64,000 bases of DNA from Cyanophora paradoxa CCMP329 (Eukaryota > Plantae > Glaucophyta). A program made the translations under genes and the position numbers. The stretch is from positions 1-64,000 of the forward strand of contig QPMI01000066.1 of NCBI GenBank assembly GCA_004431415.1, written 5' to 3'. Under the pieces are notes generated by a model. It searched no databases, was not told the DNA's origin, and saw only the letters and a program-made list of their open reading frames with translations. This document shows, piece after piece, positions 58,171-64,000 of this stretch. How positions within the stretch are numbered: position 1 is the stretch's first letter; every line of letters starts with the position of its first letter.

Positions 58171-61100
58171 TCACTTCTTCTTCTTCTCGAAGAAGTTGAG
58201 GACGTTCACCCAGCCACCGAAGTACTGCGCGCGCGCCCCGCAGCCTCAGGCAGGGCAGGGCAGAGCAGGGGAGGGACGGGAAGGGAGGGCGCCGGGGCCC
58301 ACCTCGGCCGGGTCCGGACCAGCGTCCACCTGCGAGCGAAGAAGAAGAGCTCAGATCAGAGAGGGCAGTCGCGGCTGCTCGCGGCCGGCCGGCCCGGCGC
58401 ACCTTCTCGAGGCCGCGGATGGGCGCCAGCTTCGTTCGCACCGCGTTGATGGCGGCGTTGAGGATGCGCTGCGGGGCCGGGCGGGGCCGTCAGCGCCGCG
58501 GCCCCCCCCCGCGCGCGCGCGGCCGCCCCCGCTTTGGGCGCGCCTTCTCGCCCTTCCGGAGGACTGCCGACGTCCGCGCGTTGCCCTTGCACTCGGGGTC
58601 GTTCAGTATCAGGATCTCGTCCTGCGGGGTACCGCATTCGCTCGCTCGCTCGCTCGTTCGCGGGGGCGCCGGGGAGCAGCGCGGTACCCCCCGCGCACCT
58701 CCTCGGTGTTGCGGTACTCCTGGATCGTCAGCCGAAGCAGCTCCATGAGTGCCTAGGGGGTACGGGTGCGGCGCAAGATCAGGAAAAGGAAGTCCGCGGG
58801 GGTACGCGGAATTTAGGGGGGTACCTGCAGGGCCTCGTACTCGTTCGCGGGGCTGACGATCTTCTGCATGGAGGTGAAGATCTGCGCGGGGGGGGGGGGG
58901 GTACGGGACGGTTCGGGCCAGGAAAAGAAGGGACTCAGGAAAAAACAAGGGAGGGAGGGGGGTACGGCACCTCGTCGCTGAAGCGGTCGAGCTCGTCGGC
59001 CTTGAGCTTCGCGAGGCGCTGGAAGGCGTACATCTGGTCCGGCATGCGGTCGGCGTACACGGGGAACGCCTGGACGCTGTGTTGTACCCCCCGCCAGCGT
59101 CGTCGCCCCCAATCAGCCTCGCGCCAGCCCCGACGAACGAGCGAACGAAGGAATCGCGCACCCGTTGAGGCCGTACTTCTGGAGGACCTTGATCTGCGCG
59201 CGGGGGGAGAGGGGGGGCGCCGGCGCTCAACACCTCCCCCCCTAACCACCCCCTACCCCCCCCCTTCCCCCCCCCCCTACCTTGGCTTCGGCGAGGGCGT
59301 CGAAGCCGACGGAGAGGGTGATCTCGAGGCAGTCGAGCGGGTTCTCGGGGATCGCGAACCCGTAGTTCAGCATCAGCTCTGCAGGGCGGAGCAGATCAGA
59401 GGAATAGTCAGCGGAGTAGTCAGCGGGGCCGGCCGGTGAGCGGAGGGCGGAGGGCGGATTTGGGCTATCTATCTAAGGCTAGTTCTCTTGCTAGCGGGGG
59501 CGGCCGGCCGGCGGAGCGAGGCCCCTTAGGGAGTCTTAAGGAGCCGGCTCTTTCTAGATACTGTAGTTCAGCGTCACCTCTGCCCCCGCCTCTAGAGTAG
59601 TAGTAGTCAGCGGGGGCGGCCGGCCGGCGGACGGAGGGCAGAGGGCGGAGTCGGGCCATCTCTCTCAGCCTAGTTCTCTAGCTAGCCCCCCCCCCGCCCC
59701 GGTTCTCTGCCTGCCCCGGTGTAGGCACGGGCATGGGCGGTAGGAGGCGGCTAGCCCCCCTCCACCTCCAACCCCTCGCGCCCATCGCCGCGCACCCGAG
59801 TTGGAGAGCTCGCCGTAGTTGACGTGCACCGGCTGGCCCTTCTTGTACGGCCGGTCCGCCACCAGCACGACTGCGCCGAAAAAGCAGGGTCGGCCCAGCG
59901 GCGAACCGGGCGGAGCGAGCGTTTTTTTTCGGCGCACTGGACTCGGTCTCCTCGTCGTACTGCAGCTGCGCCCGCGCGTCCTGCTCGCCCCGCCGGCCCC
60001 CGCGCCCGATCAGCGCGCGGGCGCCTCAGGAGCGGGTTGAGGGGTGTACAGGGTCGCGCCTGGCGGTGGTTGGCGCAGTCGCCGACGGGTACGAGGGCGA
60101 GCTGGCCCGCCCCGCCCCGCAGCTCCGGGAAGAAGGTGAACCTGCCGTCAATTAGAGCCCGATCAGCAGCTAGTTCCCTAGTATTGAGCTGAGGGTCCCT
60201 CTTTCAAGCGGCAGGAGGCTAGATCAAGGCTCCTCTTTGAAGCTAGGAAGCGAGCCCGATTAGCTTGAGGTTCCTACTGGAAAGATCAAAGAATCTTCTA
60301 AGCGGAAGCAAGCTCAAGGCTCCTTGCGCCGAATAGAGCCCGAGGAGCATCAGGAAGCCCAAGGGTCCTTCCCGAACGCTAATCCCAGCTTGGGCCAAGT
60401 CAAGTCACCTGGAGAGCATGATGGAGAACGCCCACGCGAAGTTGGCGCGCGTGAACGCCTCCTTAGGGAACAGCTTCGGGTACTCCTGCGGGGGGGGTGA
60501 AGGGGAGGGGGGTACTCGGAACGGAGAAAGAAGGCGGGGGGAGGGAGCGGGGGTACATCCGCACCGCGAAGAGGGTCTCCTGGAGCACTGCGAACTCGTT
60601 GTCGATGGCGGTGGTGCGCTCCCTGCGCCGAAAATCGATCGGGGGGAAGGGAGGGGGGTACGCAGGCGGGGCGGACCGGGTGCGCATGAGGACGGGCGAG
60701 CCGCGGAGTTGCTCCTTGAGCTCGTCCTCGGACCAGGTGATGGTGGACGGGACGCGCGCGGGCAGCATGCGTGCGGCGGCGCGGCACGGTCAAGGGCGGC
60801 GGCGGCGGCGGCGGCGGAGGCGGAGGCGGAGGCGTGGGGAGTGCGTGCGGGCGGGGCGGGGCGGAGGATATGAATGTAGGGCGCCCACTCGGAGCCCGGG
60901 TTGCAGAAGCGCTCGTGGATGAGGAAGAGGGCGAGGGCGGTCCACTCGGAGACGTTCTGCAGCGCGTCGCCGAGCTTCGAGCTCATCGCGGTCTCGTACG
61001 TGATGATGTTCTCGTACGGGATCGAGATGAGCGTGCCGCCCTCGGGCACGTCCTTGGCGGCGGCGCAGCCGAGGCCGTCGAGCTCCGTCTGGACGATGCG

Positions 61101-61448
61101 GACGCTCTGCTGCGGCACGCCGCGCGAGCGGAGCCAGTCGTCGAACTCCGGCAGCGCGGCGAGCCGCTCCTCGTCGTCGCTCCTCTCCGCCGCCTTCTTG
61201 TCGCCCTTGGCCATGCAGCTCGGGCCTGCCGGCGGCGCCGGGGCGATCCCACGGGCGCGAGCGCTCGCGCGGAAGTGGATCGGAGCGCCGAGGAACTCCG
61301 AGTGCGGCGGCACGGTCGGCGAGAGCCGGCTGGCGCCGGTCGACCTCGCCGCCCGCCCGCGCGCTGCAGGGTGCGAAGCTACGGCATCGCTCGTCGCTAC
61401 GGCGCCTCGGGCCGCCGCCGGCACGGCCGGAGTGACGAAGGCGTTCAT
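58171..61448 (-). CDS. Plastid-targeted SET-domain lysine methyltransferase, Rubisco-LSMT-like family, multi-exon
   Basis: FDDWLRSRG; GLGCAAAKDVPEGGTLISIP; LALFLIHER..SEWAPYIHIL; WSEDELKEQLRGS; FAWAFSIMLSR; LVPVGDCANH; NYGELSNSELMLNYGF; LSMT substrate-binding VSPANE..LRKGEKRIL. Transit peptide MNAFVTPAVP..SEFLG..SCM^AK. Stop at 58171. Confidence 0.92.
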
Positions 61449-61872
61449 GATTTTATATCCCCCGGGGAACGAGCCGGGCCCGGGTACGGCCGCGTTGTCA
61501 ACTTCGGCGTGGGTCGCGCAGCAAGGCTCCGAGCTTTGTCGCTGTCTGTAGAGTTGCAGGCATCGCAGCATCAGGCGCCCTTAGGGGCTGCCTCGCCGTC
61601 TCCTGCAGAACTTCGCCCCTGTGCAGAAGCGCTTAGCCGAGCGCCAGGCGCCCTTAGGGGCTGCCTCGTCGTGCCCTCCAGAACTTCGCTGATCTCCGGA
61701 AGCGCTCAGCCGAGCGCCAGTCCAATCAGATGCAGGCACCGCGCTCTCCAGGGCGCTCGCCGCCCCGCTCCAGGCGCGGCAGCCGCCAGGACGGCGAGCA
61801 CGCCGCCGTCGACCACACAGCGTGGGTCTCGGGCGTCGCGGCAGCGTATGCGCTTCCGCTTCCGCTTCCCCT

Positions 61873-64000
61873 TCGCTTCCGCTTCGTTTGCCCGACCGGG
61901 GCCCGCCGCAGCGCGCTGGAGGAGGAGATCCCCTCCGTCGACGGGAGCCGTCCCGCCTGGATCGAGGCACGTGTACCCCCCAAACCCCACCCGCACCCCT
62001 CCCCCGACCCCGTGAGAACCCTGTACCCCCGCAGGCGGATGCGGCGGCGTCGGAGCACGGCGATGAGGAGCTCGACGTATCCCTCTGGGTTCGCTGTACC
62101 CCACCCTTTCTCTGTAATCCCCTCTTCTGCCCCGTGACGTGAGCTTCGCGCCTCAGATCTGAGCAGCGCGCTGCCCGGGCCCGGGGCCCAAGAGTGTATT
62201 CAGCTTATTGCATGCAGTATAAATTGTCTTTTCCGTAGCCTCGCAAGTATTTGTATTTCAATTCTATTGCAACAATGTGGCAGCCTCCTTCAAATTTGCG
62301 CCTCGGATCTGAGCAGCACGCTGCCGGGGCCCGAGAGTGGTATTCAACTTATTGCACGCAATATCGACATGTACACTAGTACTTGTTCTGCAGCTTCGCA
62401 AGTATTCGAAATTAAAAAGTGTGGCCATGGCGCATATATAATGATCTGGCATGCACAGCCTTCGAAATTCTTGATCATGCGCCGCAGGGCTGGTAATTGC
62501 AATTGTGAGCTAATTAATTATAACGTTTAACGTACGGAGTATACGTGTGCAGCATATGGCAGGGACGCGCGATATCCGATGATCGATATCCGATGATCCG
62601 ATCGTGATCCTGGCGGAACGCGCCGCGGCGCGATGCGGTGATCATGATGGGCATGCGCAAGCCCCATGCATATGTCGAGGCCCGGCGGCCCTGATCATGA
62701 TCATGATCATGATGTTCGAAAAAATTCGCAAGTCACTGCGGCCAGGTCCGACGGTCGTCGTTGGCACGTGCGTGAATTCTTGGCCCATGGTCCCGTATGC
62801 TCATCTCTCGACTTGACACAGACCGACACTCTATCTCTAGATCTATCCCCAGCCGTTTGTCTTGGTGTGTGCGAATTCATATTTCTTCCACGTGCATTAA
62901 TTCAACTAGTACTGGCAGTTCAAAACAATTTCAATTCAAGGCTAAAGCTAGAGGCTACAGTTGATGAATGCAGCTACTTCATTGGCAGTGAAATATTGAT
63001 GCAAATTGATGGGATATCGCTGTATGAATGGAATAGCAGCGGCACTAGTACTAGTACTACGGAATGGAAAAGCAGCGGCACTAGTACTAGGGTTCATTGA
63101 TTCATTCACTCGGGGTCGGCTGCGGTCAGGCGAGCGCGTCGGGCGCGGGGTCGGCGGCGGCGGCGGCGAGCTGGGCCGCCCCGGCCTCGGCGGAAATGTC
63201 GGCCAGCTCGGCGTCGACTTCCTCCTCGAAATCCGCGAGCGCCGCCTCTCCTCCGTCCAGCTCCGGCGCCGCCTGGCGGAGGGCGTTCAAGAATGTGCAT
63301 CGAGCAAAGAAGAATTGTTTCTAGGGGGCCCAGCTATTCATGATATATATAAATATATTCATGATCATCATCGCCGAGTCGGGGCGGCTGATATTTGATC
63401 CGCGTCAAATTGTTTTCAGGTGGCCGATAGCTAGCTTTCCATGATCATCACTGGGGCGTCTGAACGTCCAGCGGACCTGCGTGTGGGCGACGAGCTCGTG
63501 ATCCTCGTCTACCCCGGCGTCCGCGGCCGGCTGGGTCGAGGTCGACGCGGGCGTCGGCGCCGACTGGTACCACTTGACCCCGTCGGCCCTGCGCGGGCGG
63601 ACAAGCGCGTCAGATCTGACCTCCGCCGATCGCGAGTCGCGAGGCCTAGGGCCGTGATCGGCGGTGCGCGTGCTTACATGTCGCGGAGCTGCGTGCAGAT
63701 GCGGGCGAAGAGGAACCGAGATCAGCGGGCCCCGGTTGGATGGGGGCGAGGGGAGCAGGGGGGAGAGGGGGGAGGAGGGGGGGGGGGGAGGGGAGGCGGA
63801 GGGGGGGGGGGGATTAAAAACTGCGCACCCCGCCCCTGTCGGCTCCCCAGAGGCCCCAGCACTGCCACTTTGCGGTGGCATCGGCCGCCGCGAAGGCCTC
63901 AACGGCGCCGCCCCCCCAGCAGTCGCCGCCCGGCGCCGACTCCCCGCCGTCGCAGACCTCTGCGGAACACCCTCGGGTAAGAATTTTTTAAGTTGTTTCG
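61873..64000 (+). repeat. Segmental direct duplication, copy 2 (runs off window end)
   Basis: Carries orphan last exons of the Cys-rich gene and the 3' part of the hypothetical minus-strand gene. The junction lies in a cgcttc microrepeat at about 61848-61885. Confidence 0.95.

Overview
This window is eukaryotic nuclear DNA: very GC-rich, gene-dense and interrupted by many short introns. Most entries in the supplied ORF track are therefore shadow frames or exon/intron chimeras, and I rebuilt the gene models by hand. It is probably a flagellated alga. A plastid transit peptide starting MNAFVTPAVP points to a glaucophyte (Cyanophora-like), but that is an inference. Genes in order: (+) 5'-truncated GAF-GAF-PAS hybrid histidine kinase; (+) four-domain voltage-gated cation channel with an unusual S-D-E-E selectivity ring; (-) FAD-dependent oxidoreductase; (+) RCC1-repeat protein; (-) argininosuccinate synthase; (+) protein with PPC-like domains and a disordered tail; (-) ARL3; (+) PHO88/SND3-like protein with two candidate last exons; (+) CFAP36/BARTL1, an ARL3 effector; (-) FHIP/FAM160; (+) large Cys-rich repeat protein; (-) small unknown gene; (-) plastid SET-domain (Rubisco-LSMT-like) methyltransferase. 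The core array of the Cys-rich gene switches from 10 intronless repeat units to 8 units that each carry an intron at the same site. Mobile and repeated DNA: two inverted copies of a non-autonomous Helitron/Helitron2-like element flanking the channel, a poly(A)-tailed insertion with a 10-bp TSD, and a direct duplication of at least 2.1 kb (offset about 7.48 kb) that runs off the right edge. CDS coordinates are gene spans including introns. No database searches were run.
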